A DNA stretch of 63,865 bases. Origin: Candidatus Brocadiia bacterium (GTDB taxonomy: Bacteria; Planctomycetota; Brocadiia; CAIUPP01). Below are positions 29,436 to 41,771 of this stretch, piece after piece. The DNA lies in assembly GCA_050015075.1 (NCBI GenBank), contig JBEKCB010000030.1:1-63865 (forward strand), in the 5' to 3' direction. The notes below the pieces were generated by a model, which did no database searches, was not told the DNA's origin, and saw only the letters and a list, made by a program, of their open reading frames with translations. A program made the translations under genes and the position numbers. Position 1 is the stretch's first letter. Each line of letters opens with the position of its first letter.

Positions 29436-30647
29436 ATGTACGTCGTTCTGGCCCTGGTGCTCGGTGTCATTGCGCTGACCTTTTTCTCGGCGGAGCGCTC
29501 GCTCAGTCTGTTCTCCTGGTTTCGGTTGCAGGAGTTGAATGCTCCGAGGTCCCGCAAGAACGCCGCCGGCAACTGCCTGCGCAATCGCGGGCTGGTGGTC
29601 ACGGCGTTCCTGGTGGCAGGCTGCCTGGCGATCGCCGCGCTGTCTGTCGTGCTGGTCGTCGGCGTAAAAACGCGCTGGGCCGTGGGGCTGGAGATACTCT
29701 TCCTGGTGCCGTTGCTCGGCTGGATTCTGCCCGAGTTCATCGCCTGGCGAACGGGCGACTGGTTCGTGCTCTATCTGGTGCCGGCGCTTTACGGAATCGT
29801 CGGCATCCCGTTCAGGGCGCTGCGGATGGGCCTGCTGCGGCAGACGGCCACGCCCGGCGACGAAAGCCCGCAGGCGGAGTCGGATTCCTCGTCCCAGGCG
29901 GACAGCGCGGACAACCAAGCGCACAGAATGTTCCGCAGTGCGGTCCGCCTGAAGTACATCCAGGTGCGCGACATCATGACGCCGAGGACGGACATGGTGA
30001 CGGTCGCCGATACGGCGACACTGCGCGAGGCGGCGCGCGTCAGCACCGAAAGCGGCTATTCGCGGCTGCCCGTCCATCGCTCAAACCGCGACCAGATCGT
30101 CGGCATCCTCCATGCGAAGGACCTGCTCAAGTTCGCGGCCACCGAGAAATGGGATCAGCCGGCGCTGCCCGAGCTCCTGCGGCAGCCGTCTTTCGTCCCT
30201 GAGACGAAAACGGTTTCCGAGTTAATGGAGGAGTTGCAGCGCTCGAATGTTCACATGGGGATCGTGGTGGATGAGTACGGCGGCACACGCGGAATCGTAA
30301 CGCTCGAAGATGTCGTCGAGGAGCTCATCGGCGAAATACGCGACGAGCACGAGCTGCCTCACGAAACGCCTCCGCTCTTCAAGTGGGTGAGCGATCGCAG
30401 TGTCGAGCTGGCCGCGTCCATGCGGATCGAGGCGTTCAACAATGAATTCGATCAGGACCTGCGGGAGGAAGAAGGCTTCGACACGGTCGGCGGGCTGGCG
30501 ACCTTCATGATGGCCAAAATCCCGCAGAACGGCGAGTCATTTCAGGTCGGTGGGGCGCGCATCACGGTGATCCAGGCGGACCCGCGGCGCGTGATTCGCG
30601 TGCGGGCGGATTTCGACCGCGCCCCCCGGCGCCGGGAAATGGGGTGA
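29436..30647 (+). CDS. Hemolysin-family / CNNM-CBS-CorC membrane protein
   Basis: N-terminal TM region, VRDIMTPRTDM, GYSRLPV, VVDEYGGTRGIVTLEDVVEELIGEI, CorC-like C-terminus. Confidence 0.92.
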   Translation: MYVVLALVLGVIALTFFSAERSLSLFSWFRLQELNAPRSRKNAAGNCLRNRGLVVTAFLVAGCLAIAALSVVLVVGVKTRWAVGLEILFLVPLLGWILPEFIAWRTGDWFVLYLVPALYGIVGIPFRALRMGLLRQTATPGDESPQAESDSSSQADSADNQAHRMFRSAVRLKYIQVRDIMTPRTDMVTVADTATLREAARVSTESGYSRLPVHRSNRDQIVGILHAKDLLKFAATEKWDQPALPELLRQPSFVPETKTVSELMEELQRSNVHMGIVVDEYGGTRGIVTLEDVVEELIGEIRDEHELPHETPPLFKWVSDRSVELAASMRIEAFNNEFDQDLREEEGFDTVGGLATFMMAKIPQNGESFQVGGARITVIQADPRRVIRVRADFDRAPRRREMG

Positions 30648-31387
30648 CCGTGCCTTACCACCGGACGTGCGGCGTGATGCTGCGCTGCACCGAGTACAGC
30701 GAGAGCAGTCAGGTCGCGGCGGTCCTGACGCCGGACCTGGGGCAGATCCACGTGCTGGCCAAAGGCGCGCGCCGCCCGCGCAAGGACGGCCGGGGCGCGC
30801 TGGACCTGCTGGACTATTGCGACCTGGTCCTCGCGCAGCGTCCGGCGGGGCAGTTGCACATCCTGGCCGACTGGAGCCTGCGTGAGAGGTTCCCGCGGCT
30901 GCGCGCGGACATGGGGCGCATCTGGGTGGCCTGCTACGCTCTGGAGATCGCGTTGGGCACGACCGAGGAAAACGCCGAGGACGGCGCCGTATGCCATGAC
31001 CTGGTGGATCTGTTGCGCGCGTTGGACCGCGGCGAGAACGAACACCTGGCGCTCTTCCGATTTCTCTTCCGCGCGCTTCGCACGCTGGGACACGTCCCGG
31101 CGACGGAGAACTGCACGCAGTGCAACGGTCCGCTGCACGGGCACACGCGCTTCAGCCCGGCTTCCGGAGGCGCACTCTGCGGCGATTGCACCGGCCTTGA
31201 CCCGACCGCATTCCCGATCTCGCGCGGCTCGCTGGCCGTTATGACCCGGCTCGCCGCGGAAGCCCCGGGCGCGCCTTTGCGCCTGACGCGCGACCAGATC
31301 CGCGAAATCCGACGTGCATTTAACGACCAAATCCAGTATCATCTAGGGAAGCCCTTGAGGTCTGAGCGTTTTCTTGCCGAGGTGTAA
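30644..31387 (+). CDS. recO: DNA repair protein RecO
   Basis: YSESSQV...LTPDLG...LAKGARR OB-fold; zinc finger CTQC...CGDC. Confidence 0.92.
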   Translation: MTVPYHRTCGVMLRCTEYSESSQVAAVLTPDLGQIHVLAKGARRPRKDGRGALDLLDYCDLVLAQRPAGQLHILADWSLRERFPRLRADMGRIWVACYALEIALGTTEENAEDGAVCHDLVDLLRALDRGENEHLALFRFLFRALRTLGHVPATENCTQCNGPLHGHTRFSPASGGALCGDCTGLDPTAFPISRGSLAVMTRLAAEAPGAPLRLTRDQIREIRRAFNDQIQYHLGKPLRSERFLAEV

Positions 31388-33000
31388 TGCGCGAGCAAGT
31401 ACGGAGCTTTACGCCCATCGTCGTGCGCCGGGCTTCACGGGCTTGCGCCGTCCTGGCGCTCGTGACAGCTCTGATGCTGGCCGGCGCGGCGCAGGCGGAA
31501 TGGGTGTGGGACGGCGATCTCGGCTGGATTGACATGTCCGAGCGCCCGACGGAGTCCGACCGCGGGCTTTTCGCCTATGCGACCGGCCTGTTGATACGCG
31601 GAGATTACGCGGCGGCGGCCGATGTCTTTCGCCGAGTGGAAGAGAAGTTCCCGGAATCGCCGTTCGCCATCAAGGCCAGGTTCGGCCGGGCGAAATGTGC
31701 GTTCCATCTGGACAAACCGGCTGAAGCCGCAAAGCTCTGTGACGAGCTTCTGGCCGCGAAGCCGGAAAGTCTCCGGCGGGACGATCTCGAGGCGTTCATT
31801 CGGGACCTGGCCGCGAAGCTGGGGCAGAGCGATCCGAAGCGGGCCGCGGAGCTTCTCAATCGTCTCGGCACAAGCCGGCCGACAGAGAAGACGCAGTCCG
31901 AAGCCGTGACCGAACCAGCCGCGCCGGCCCGCAATCCGGGCGATGATCGCACGGCCGGGGCAGCCTCCGAGAAGATTGCCGCGCCCGCCTCCGATCCGGA
32001 GGCCAGGTACGACGCGATGTTCAAGGAAGCCGTGAATGACGTGGACGAGAGCCGGGACCGGGAGCACAGCGAAATGCTCCTGCGGCAGGCCGAGGCGAAG
32101 CTCCGCGAACTGCTGAGCGCGGATCCCAAGGGCCGGCACGAGAAGGAGGCCCGGGAGTATCTCGATGTCATTAACGGCCTGTTGAAGGAATCGGACCCTG
32201 AGCGCAGAGCGGTTTATTACGCCGTTACGCGACTGCTCGAGCCGGGGTACGGTGGTGACAGCACGGTATTCAAGTCCGCCGCAAAGCAGTTCCGCGGCTC
32301 GAGCGTCGGGGAAACCGCGCGGTTTTACCAGGCCGAATGCCTGTATCGGCAAGGTGAGCTATGGTCGGCCTTTGACGTGTACGAGCAGTTCCTGCAAGAG
32401 TACGCCGCGTCGAGCCGGCGGCGGGCGGTCGTGGAACGCGAGTACGTGATCGGCCAGGCGTTGCAGGATCAGCACCAGCTCAGCCGCGCCGAGGACGTGA
32501 TGGAAGCGGTGGCGCACAACGCTTCGAACGGGCCGCTGGCCGATGACGCCCTGATGTCTGTGGGGCGCGCGCAGCTTGACCGGGAGCGTTTCGAGGATGC
32601 CCGGACGACATTTGATCTCGTGGCGCAGGGCTATCCGAAGAGCAAGTGGAACCGCGCGGCGATTTTTATGAGCGGCGTAGCGGACCTGCGGCACAGTCGG
32701 GTCATCCCCGACAACGAGATGCTCCTGGAGCGAGCGCAGAGGGCCTTCGAGATATACCTGCGCGACCAGCCGAATGGCCAGTTCGCGGACGAAGCGAAGA
32801 ATCTGCTGAGGGAATGCAAGGAGAAGGAGGCGCAGACGCTGCTGGACGTCGCGCACTTTTACGAGAAGCGCGACAAGCCGGCGGCGGCAGCGGTGTACTA
32901 CAAGATGGTGCTGGCGGAGTATCCGGAGAGCGTCTCCGCAGAGTCTGCAAAGTCGGCACTCGGCCAGCCGGACGAGCCGTCGAAGAAAGCGAACCCATGA
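31387..33000 (+). CDS. Outer membrane assembly BamD-like tetratricopeptide repeat protein
   Basis: Signal peptide, multiple TPR units (FPESPFA, YPKSKW), C-terminal VAHFYEKR...AAAVYY...YPES BamD-like motif. Confidence 0.75.
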   Translation: MREQVRSFTPIVVRRASRACAVLALVTALMLAGAAQAEWVWDGDLGWIDMSERPTESDRGLFAYATGLLIRGDYAAAADVFRRVEEKFPESPFAIKARFGRAKCAFHLDKPAEAAKLCDELLAAKPESLRRDDLEAFIRDLAAKLGQSDPKRAAELLNRLGTSRPTEKTQSEAVTEPAAPARNPGDDRTAGAASEKIAAPASDPEARYDAMFKEAVNDVDESRDREHSEMLLRQAEAKLRELLSADPKGRHEKEAREYLDVINGLLKESDPERRAVYYAVTRLLEPGYGGDSTVFKSAAKQFRGSSVGETARFYQAECLYRQGELWSAFDVYEQFLQEYAASSRRRAVVEREYVIGQALQDQHQLSRAEDVMEAVAHNASNGPLADDALMSVGRAQLDRERFEDARTTFDLVAQGYPKSKWNRAAIFMSGVADLRHSRVIPDNEMLLERAQRAFEIYLRDQPNGQFADEAKNLLRECKEKEAQTLLDVAHFYEKRDKPAAAAVYYKMVLAEYPESVSAESAKSALGQPDEPSKKANP

Positions 33001-33563
33001 AATTGTGGCGACCCCTGGTGTGCGGCGTGCTGCTCGCGATGGCCGGATTGTTCCTCACCGGTTGCGGATATCATTCGGGCTTTCTGATCCCCGCTGACGT
33101 GCACACCGTCCATATTCGCGTGGTCGGGAACGATACATTCTGGCATGAGGCGGTCAAGTCGGACAATCTTCCGGGAACCGGCCAGCCTTCATCGAGCCGC
33201 CCGGCCTACACGATGGAACTGGAGTTGACCGAGCGCATCAAGAACGAAGTGGTGCGGCGGACGCCGTTGAAGATCGCCCCGGAGGAGCGCGCCGACAGCA
33301 TTCTTGAGGCCACGATCCGCAAAGTGGAACCGGGAGTTCTGGTGCGCGACGTCAACAATAACGTCAGTTCGGGGCGCGTGACGATCAGCGTGGACTTCAC
33401 GTGGAAGGACCGGCGCACCGGCCGCGTGCACGCGGAAGGCAAGGGCATCGAGCGTCCGACCGACTTCGTCGTGACGCGCGGGGAAACCTTGACCAGTGCC
33501 ACGCGCACGAGTTTCGATTACATTGCCGACCAGATTATCGAGCAAATGCAAGAGAGCTTCTAA
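32997..33563 (+). CDS. lptE: LptE-like LPS assembly lipoprotein
   Basis: Lipobox LTGCGY, VHTVHI...NDT, LTERIKNEV...TP, ADSILEATI. Confidence 0.75.
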   Translation: MKLWRPLVCGVLLAMAGLFLTGCGYHSGFLIPADVHTVHIRVVGNDTFWHEAVKSDNLPGTGQPSSSRPAYTMELELTERIKNEVVRRTPLKIAPEERADSILEATIRKVEPGVLVRDVNNNVSSGRVTISVDFTWKDRRTGRVHAEGKGIERPTDFVVTRGETLTSATRTSFDYIADQIIEQMQESF

Positions 33564-33580
33564 AGGAGAACCGCGAGTTC

Positions 33581-35637
<2,057 letters not shown>

Positions 35638-35641
<4 letters not shown>

Positions 35642-36537
35642 GCGATGTCCGCAGCGCCCAAACGCCGCGGAGCGTTCGCGATGCCTATGAGCTGACGCTG
35701 CCGAATGGAGGTAAGCTGCAGCTCGGCGGCGACCGGCGCGTGTGCGTCATGGGAATCCTGAACGTGACGCCGGACTCGTTCTCCGACGGCGGGATGTTCC
35801 TCGACGTCTCGAAGGCGGTGGCCCATGCCGAGGAGATGGCCGGCGAGGGCGCCGACGTGATTGACATCGGCGGGGAATCCACGCGGCCGGGCGCCGAATT
35901 CCTGTCGGAGGCGGAGCAGGCCGCGCGCGTGATGCCGGTGATCCGGCGGCTGGCGCCCCGGCTCCGAACGCCGATCAGTATTGACACCACGAGCGCCGGC
36001 GTCGCGAGACAGGCGCTGGACGCGGGTGCGCAGATCGTGAACGATATTTCGGCGCTTCGCCAGGACACCGCCATGGCGCCGCTCCTGGCGGAACGCGGCG
36101 CGCCGGTGGTGCTCATGCACATGCAGGGGCGGCCGCGGGACATGCAGGAAAAGCCTTTCTATCGCGACGTGGTCGCCGAGGTGCGCGATTTTCTGGCAGG
36201 GCGGATCGCCTGGGCCGTCGAGCAGGGGATCGCCGCGGAGCAAATCATCGTGGACCCCGGCTTCGGATTCGGAAAGAACTTCGCGCATAACATGGCGCTG
36301 CTGCGCCATCTCGACGCGCTGCGTTCGCTATCGAGGCCGATCCTGGTCGGCACCTCGCGCAAGGCCATGCTGGGCCATATCCTCGGCGTGCCGCCGGCGG
36401 AACGCGTTTTCGGAACGGCGGCCACGGTGGCGGCGGCCGCGGAACGGGGCGCGGCCATCGTGCGCGTGCATGACCTTCGCTGCGCGGTCCATGTGGTCAA
36501 GGTGATGGCGGCGATACAGGGAAAGGCCTGGAATTGA
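35638..36537 (+). CDS. folP: Dihydropteroate synthase
   Basis: MGILNVTPDSFSDGG, DIGGESTRPG, DPGFGFGK, SRK, VRVHD. Confidence 0.97.
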
Positions 36538-37349
36538 GTTCACTCCTGCCTTTGCTTCCGCACTGGAACACCTTATGGCCGGCGCTGATTGAGATCGCGC
36601 TGCTGTACGTGGTCTTCTATGGCATTTTGGGGTTCCTGCAAGCCACGCGCGGCGCCGGCGTGCTGCGCGGCCTCTTCTTCGTGCTCGTCATGGCGCTCCT
36701 GGTGGTGGGATTCCTGGCCAACCAGTTGCACCTGTACCGGATCGAATACCTCATGGGGCCCAACGTGCTGACGTGCCTCCTGATCATCGCGGTGCTCTTT
36801 CAGCCGGAGATCCGGCGATTGCTGCTGCGTCTGGGCGAAGTGCCGATGTTCTGGTGGTTGATCCATGGCGAGGCCACCATTGTGCCGGAGATCGTCACAG
36901 CGGCCTTTACGCTGGCACAGCGCAAGGTCGGCGCGCTGATCGTCATCGAGCGGGACGTAGGACTCGGGGCGCTCATCGAGGGCGGTACGCCGGTCAATGC
37001 CGCCGTCACGAGCGAACTGCTCGTGACGATCTTCTGGCCCGGCTCGCCGCTTCACGACGGCGCGGTCATCATCCGGGGCGACCGGATCGCGGCGGCAGCC
37101 TGCCTGCTGCCGCTGACGGAGCAACCGGGCTTGGCGCGAACCCTGGGAACGCGACACCGCGCCGCGATCGGCGTGACTGAGGATTCCGATGCGATCTCGA
37201 TCGCCGTGTCCGAAGAGACGCAGCAGGTCTCGTTCGTGCATCGTGGAGAGTTGCGAATGGGTCTCGACAAGGACCAGTTGCAGAAGATCCTCGAAGAGGC
37301 GCTGATCGAGACGGTCCCGGCCGCCTCCGACAACACGGCGAAGACATGA
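36534..37349 (+). CDS. cdaA: Diadenylate cyclase CdaA/DacA
   Basis: Three N-terminal TM helices, FQPEIRR, GALIVIER, PLHDGA and GTRHRAA catalytic motifs. Confidence 0.95.
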   Translation: MSSLLPLLPHWNTLWPALIEIALLYVVFYGILGFLQATRGAGVLRGLFFVLVMALLVVGFLANQLHLYRIEYLMGPNVLTCLLIIAVLFQPEIRRLLLRLGEVPMFWWLIHGEATIVPEIVTAAFTLAQRKVGALIVIERDVGLGALIEGGTPVNAAVTSELLVTIFWPGSPLHDGAVIIRGDRIAAAACLLPLTEQPGLARTLGTRHRAAIGVTEDSDAISIAVSEETQQVSFVHRGELRMGLDKDQLQKILEEALIETVPAASDNTAKT

Positions 37350-37350
37350 C

Positions 37351-38406
37351 ATGCCGCTGAAAACCTTCGACGAGTTCATCTGGAAGCATGTGTTCAACAA
37401 CTTCACCGCCAAGGTGATGGCACTGGCGATGGCGCTGGGGCTGTGGCTCTACGCCTACGTCTTCAGTTACACCAACAGCGATGTCGAGATTCCCGTCCAT
37501 ATCCACGTGGGCGAAGGTTGGTCCGTTGAACACATACTGCCCGATGAAGCGGTCCACGGGGAAAACCTTCTGGTCAAGGTCAAGCTGAGCTATCCGCGTC
37601 GCTTCGAGGACCAGTTCACACAGGAGCTGCGCGCGGGAAAGACTTACCTCGACTGCAACGTCGCGCCGATGCCCGACCAGAAGCCTGTCACCGTGACTCT
37701 GAAGAAAGAACTTCTGGTGACGTCGCGCGACTTCTCTCTGCAGATCGAGAGCTTCAAGCCGCCGGAGCTCAAGATCGAACTCGTCCGCGAGGCGGCCATG
37801 ATGGTGCCGGTAGTGCCGAAGTACTCGGCGCCGCCGCCCGGTTACCGCGTTGAATACGCCTTTCCACTCACGGCCGAGGTGATGATTCGCGGCCCGGAGG
37901 TCATCATCAAGCACCTCCATGAGGCTGGAATCGAGACCGAAGAAATGAATATCTCGGCGCCTCGTCCCGGCAGCAGGGAGGAGTGGGATTTGCAGCCGAT
38001 GGCCCGCATTCCCTCAAGCGCGGCGTTTGAAGGCAAGAAGTACCCGATCGTTTGCACCGACCTTGTCCAGTGCAACATTCATCTGGCGCGGGCGCCGGTT
38101 GAGAAGAGCTTCACTGAAGTCCCGATCCAATTGCTCGTTCCGCCCGGCTACGCCTACGTGGCGACGCTGCTCCGGGAAAGCACCACCAACGTCCAGGTGA
38201 CCGGGCCGAAGAGCGCCGTCGAGGCACTGAAGAAGGAGAACATCGTCCTGTATGTGGACGTCCGTGACCCGAAGCTGGTCCCGCAGGAAACGCCATACAC
38301 ACAGCCCATTTATGCGCAGATCGTGGACGAACATCAGCGGGATATGGTCGTCAAGCCCGCGACTTCCACTTGTGCCGTAAAAATCAGCGAAGCGAAGCCC
38401 AAGTAA
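37351..38406 (+). CDS. YbbR/CdaR-like membrane-anchored protein
   Basis: [19 protein letters not shown] anchor typical of CdaR, repeated VxIxGP beta domains, directly downstream of cdaA. Confidence 0.75.
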   Translation: MPLKTFDEFIWKHVFNNFTAKVMALAMALGLWLYAYVFSYTNSDVEIPVHIHVGEGWSVEHILPDEAVHGENLLVKVKLSYPRRFEDQFTQELRAGKTYLDCNVAPMPDQKPVTVTLKKELLVTSRDFSLQIESFKPPELKIELVREAAMMVPVVPKYSAPPPGYRVEYAFPLTAEVMIRGPEVIIKHLHEAGIETEEMNISAPRPGSREEWDLQPMARIPSSAAFEGKKYPIVCTDLVQCNIHLARAPVEKSFTEVPIQLLVPPGYAYVATLLRESTTNVQVTGPKSAVEALKKENIVLYVDVRDPKLVPQETPYTQPIYAQIVDEHQRDMVVKPATSTCAVKISEAKPK

Positions 38407-38444
38407 CCCGGCGTTCGCCGGCGCACGGGCGGAGGAACACAAGG

Positions 38445-39182
38445 ATGAAGATACCCAAGCTCGGAGTGAATATTGACCACGTGGCGACTGTGCGCCAGGC
38501 GCGCAGGACTTTCGAGCCCGATCCGGTTACGGCGGCGGCGCTGGCAACGCTGGGCGGCGCCGAGGTCATCACCGCTCATCTGCGCGAGGACCGCCGCCAC
38601 ATCAACGATCGCGACCTGCGGTTGCTGCGCGAGACGGTGTTCACGAAGTTGAACCTGGAAATGGCCTGCGTGCCGGAGATCGTCGGCATCGCCCTGAAGA
38701 CCCGGCCGGAACAGGTGACGCTCGTGCCGGAGAAGCGCGCCGAGGTCACGACGGAAGGGGGGCTGGATGTCGCGCGGTCGAGGCCGCCGCTGGCGCGGGA
38801 CATCGCGCGCTTGAAAAAACAGGGCATCCTTGTTAGCCTCTTCATTGACGCCGACCTCGGCCAGGTTCGGGCTTCGGCGGAGCGCGACGCCGACGCCGTC
38901 GAACTCCACACCGGCCCCTATGCGAACGCGCGCAGCGAATCGGCGCAAACGCGGCACCTGGAGCGGCTGTTGCGGGCCGCCGAAGAGGCCGCCCGGCTCC
39001 GACTGCGCGTCAACGCCGGTCACGGACTTACCTATACGAACGTGCGCGCGCTCGTCGGCGCGCTGCAGGTCGAAGAGCTCCACATCGGCCACAGCCTCAT
39101 CGCGCGCGCGGTGATGGTCGGCATGGAGCGGGCCGTCCGCGAGATGTGCGCGCTGATCGCTCTTTATGCGAAGAAAACCTGA
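38445..39182 (+). CDS. pdxJ: Pyridoxine 5'-phosphate synthase
   Basis: [49 protein letters not shown]. Confidence 0.97.
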   Translation: MKIPKLGVNIDHVATVRQARRTFEPDPVTAAALATLGGAEVITAHLREDRRHINDRDLRLLRETVFTKLNLEMACVPEIVGIALKTRPEQVTLVPEKRAEVTTEGGLDVARSRPPLARDIARLKKQGILVSLFIDADLGQVRASAERDADAVELHTGPYANARSESAQTRHLERLLRAAEEAARLRLRVNAGHGLTYTNVRALVGALQVEELHIGHSLIARAVMVGMERAVREMCALIALYAKKT

Positions 39183-39210
39183 AGTTCCCAGCGAAAGAGG
39201 TGTCGGACAC

Positions 39211-40083
39211 ATGTTCAAAGGTTCGTTTGTCGCACTGATTACGCCGTTTCGCAACGGGGCCGTGGACTACGCCCGGCTCGAGCAATTGATTGATTTTCAC
39301 GTTCGGGAAGGGACTGCCGGCCTTTCTCCCTGCGGGACGACTGGAGAATCGGCGACGCTGACGACCGAGGAGCACAAGGAGGTCGTCGCGTTCGTCGTCA
39401 AACACGCGGCCAAGCGGATCCCGGTCATGGCGGGCACCGGCTCGAACAGCACGCAGGAGGCGGTGGAGTTGACCGTCGCGGCGGCCAAAGCCGGCGCGGA
39501 CGCCTGCCTGCTGATCTCGCCGTATTACAACCGGCCGGAGCCGGAGGGCATGTTCCTGCATTTTAAAGCGATCGCCGATGCCGCGCACCTGCCGATGGTG
39601 CTCTATAGCATTCCGTCGCGGACCGGACGCGAGATTGCTATGGAGACGGTGCTGCGCCTGGCCGACGAGGTCAAGGAAGTCGTCGGGATCAAGGAAGCCG
39701 GCGGCTCGCTTGACCGCGTCAGCGAACTGTGCCGCCAGACTCGCCTCGACGTGATGTCCGGCGACGATTCCCTTACGTTGCCGATGATCTCGGTCGGCGC
39801 GACCGGCGTCATCTCCGTCCTGGCCAACATCATCCCACGCGACGTGGCGGGGATCGTCTCCTCAGCGCTTGCGGGAGACATGGCGGCGGCGCGCGCGGCG
39901 CATTTCAAGACGCTGCCGCTGGTCAAAGCCACATTCCTCGAAAGCAATCCGATCGGGATCAAGACCGCCATGGGGCTGCTCAGGCTGTGCGCGGCCGAAA
40001 TGCGGCTGCCTCTTTCGCCGATGCGCCCCGAAAATGAGTCGAAATTGCGCCAGGCGCTGCGAGATTACGGACTTTTGAAATAA
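39211..40083 (+). CDS. dapA: 4-hydroxy-tetrahydrodipicolinate synthase
   Basis: ALITPF, GTTGES, GTGSNST, PYYNRP, GIKEA, SGDD, SNPIGIK. Confidence 0.96.
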   Translation: MFKGSFVALITPFRNGAVDYARLEQLIDFHVREGTAGLSPCGTTGESATLTTEEHKEVVAFVVKHAAKRIPVMAGTGSNSTQEAVELTVAAAKAGADACLLISPYYNRPEPEGMFLHFKAIADAAHLPMVLYSIPSRTGREIAMETVLRLADEVKEVVGIKEAGGSLDRVSELCRQTRLDVMSGDDSLTLPMISVGATGVISVLANIIPRDVAGIVSSALAGDMAAARAAHFKTLPLVKATFLESNPIGIKTAMGLLRLCAAEMRLPLSPMRPENESKLRQALRDYGLLK

Positions 40084-40112
40084 CAACGTTCTGGCCCAGG
40101 GAGACCGCGCTC

Positions 40113-40676
40113 ATGGATGCAAAAAAAATCGAACGCGCCGTAAAGCTCTTTCTCGAAGGGATCGGCGAGCAGCCCAACCGTCCGGGCATCCGGCAGACCC
40201 CGCGCCGCGTGGCCAACATGTGCACGGAACTCTACGCCGGCATGATGATAGACGCCTCCACGCTGATCAAGCCGCTCCGGTCCGAGGACCACGACGAGAT
40301 CGTCCTGATCCGCGACATTCCGTTCCAGTCCGTCTGCGAGCATCACTTGCTCCCGTTCATCGGAAAAGCGCATGTCGCATATATCCCGGACGGCGCGCGC
40401 GTCACCGGCATCAGCAAACTGGCTCGCGTCGTGGACGTCCACGCCAAGAAGCTCCAGGTCCAGGAGCGTCTGACTACGGCCATCGCCGAGACCATCGTCA
40501 ACGCGCTCCGGCCGAAAGGCGTCATGGTCGTCATCGAGGCCGAACATCTCTGCATGACCATGCGCGGCGTCAAGAAGCCCGGCGCCGTCACCGTCACCTC
40601 CGTGGTCCGCGGCATCTTCCGCGAGAACAACGCCACCCGCGCCGAAGCGATGTCGCTGATACGCGCATCGAAATAA
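40113..40676 (+). CDS. folE: GTP cyclohydrolase I
   Basis: [39 protein letters not shown]. Confidence 0.97.
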   Translation: MDAKKIERAVKLFLEGIGEQPNRPGIRQTPRRVANMCTELYAGMMIDASTLIKPLRSEDHDEIVLIRDIPFQSVCEHHLLPFIGKAHVAYIPDGARVTGISKLARVVDVHAKKLQVQERLTTAIAETIVNALRPKGVMVVIEAEHLCMTMRGVKKPGAVTVTSVVRGIFRENNATRAEAMSLIRASK

Positions 40677-40782
40677 TCGGCGCAGCGCGCATGGCGTACC
40701 GGCTGGCCGTTCCAGAGTACGACGGCGATTTTCGGCGTCAACACCCGAATCACAGTCCCGAAGCTGCATGGCGGGATGGTAA

Positions 40783-40810
40783 AGGTAACATAAGATATAT
40801 TATCAGACGT
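40783..40810 (-). other. dif: dif-like XerC/XerD recombination site
   Basis: Minus strand ACGTCTGATAA-TATATC-TTATGTTACCT: 11-6-11 layout, XerD-like arm matching TTATGTTAAAT at 9/11, in an AT-rich spot of a 410 bp intergenic gap. Confidence 0.75.
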
Positions 40811-41086
40811 TACGGAAATGTCTGCGCCGGCACTAAGCGAGTCTCAGCATCACTCGTTATTCCGGCTTCAAGGTCTCGCCGCTGGTCGTTTCATGCTTCG
40901 CGATTCCTTGTCCACGCTCAGGGATGGTTCGCATGACCTCAATTTCGCGGTTGCGCGCTCGTCAAAACCTTTCGAACGATAGTTCTCGAATCCGCCTTGA
41001 AGCCTTCTGCCTCGGCGACTATAATAAGTCTTTCCGCACCGGACCTCTTTCGGTTTCGCTGTTGGACGTGGATTCGGATCAAGACC

Positions 41087-41719
41087 GTGGAAGACTCGTC
41101 TGCGCTTGAGTCCAGTGTGCTGGTCCTGAACCGCTATTTCATGGCGCTGCATGTAATCCCTGCCCGTCGTGCGTTCTCGCTGCTGTGCAAGGAAATCGCC
41201 GAGGTCGTCCATGTCACCGAGGACCGATACGAGTCATTCGACTTCGAGAGCTGGCGCGAGGTCTCGCAGTATCGCGAATTCTTTACGGAGAGCGATGAGG
41301 CCTACGACTGGATCCGGACCGTCTCGTTCGAGATCCGGGTGCCGCGCGTGATCCGGCTGCTCGGCTACGACAAGCTGCCGCGGCAACGGATGCAGTTCAA
41401 CCGCCGCAACCTGTTCGCGCGCGACGAGAATCGGTGCCAGTATTGCGGGCACCGGTTTCCCAGCGGCGAATTGAGCCTGGACCACGTCATTCCGCGTTCT
41501 CAGGGCGGCCCGACGAACTGGGCGAACCTGGTCTGCGCCTGCACGGAGTGCAACAAACGCAAAGGCGGGCGGACTCCGCGCCAGGCTCACATGAAGCTGA
41601 TTCGTCTGCCGCAGGAGCCGAAGCGCAGCCCGGTGATTCATCTCAAACTCCGGTCGGGGCGCTACCGTTCCTGGAAGACCTTCCTCGACCAGGCGTACTG
41701 GTCCGTCGAGCTGAAGTGA
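41087..41719 (+). CDS. HNH endonuclease (McrA/HNH_5-like)
   Basis: VLVLNRYF N-terminus, RRNLFARDENRCQYCG, LDHVIPRSQGG, WANLVCACTECNKRKG. Confidence 0.92.
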   Translation: MEDSSALESSVLVLNRYFMALHVIPARRAFSLLCKEIAEVVHVTEDRYESFDFESWREVSQYREFFTESDEAYDWIRTVSFEIRVPRVIRLLGYDKLPRQRMQFNRRNLFARDENRCQYCGHRFPSGELSLDHVIPRSQGGPTNWANLVCACTECNKRKGGRTPRQAHMKLIRLPQEPKRSPVIHLKLRSGRYRSWKTFLDQAYWSVELK

Positions 41720-41771
41720 CGCTGACGCGTCTGGGGCGACCGAGCATTCCTTTTTCAGATAAAACTCTTTC

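Noticed and set aside
41720-41771. glmS ribozyme
   Set aside because: The intergenic gap is only ~50 bp and lacks the conserved core.
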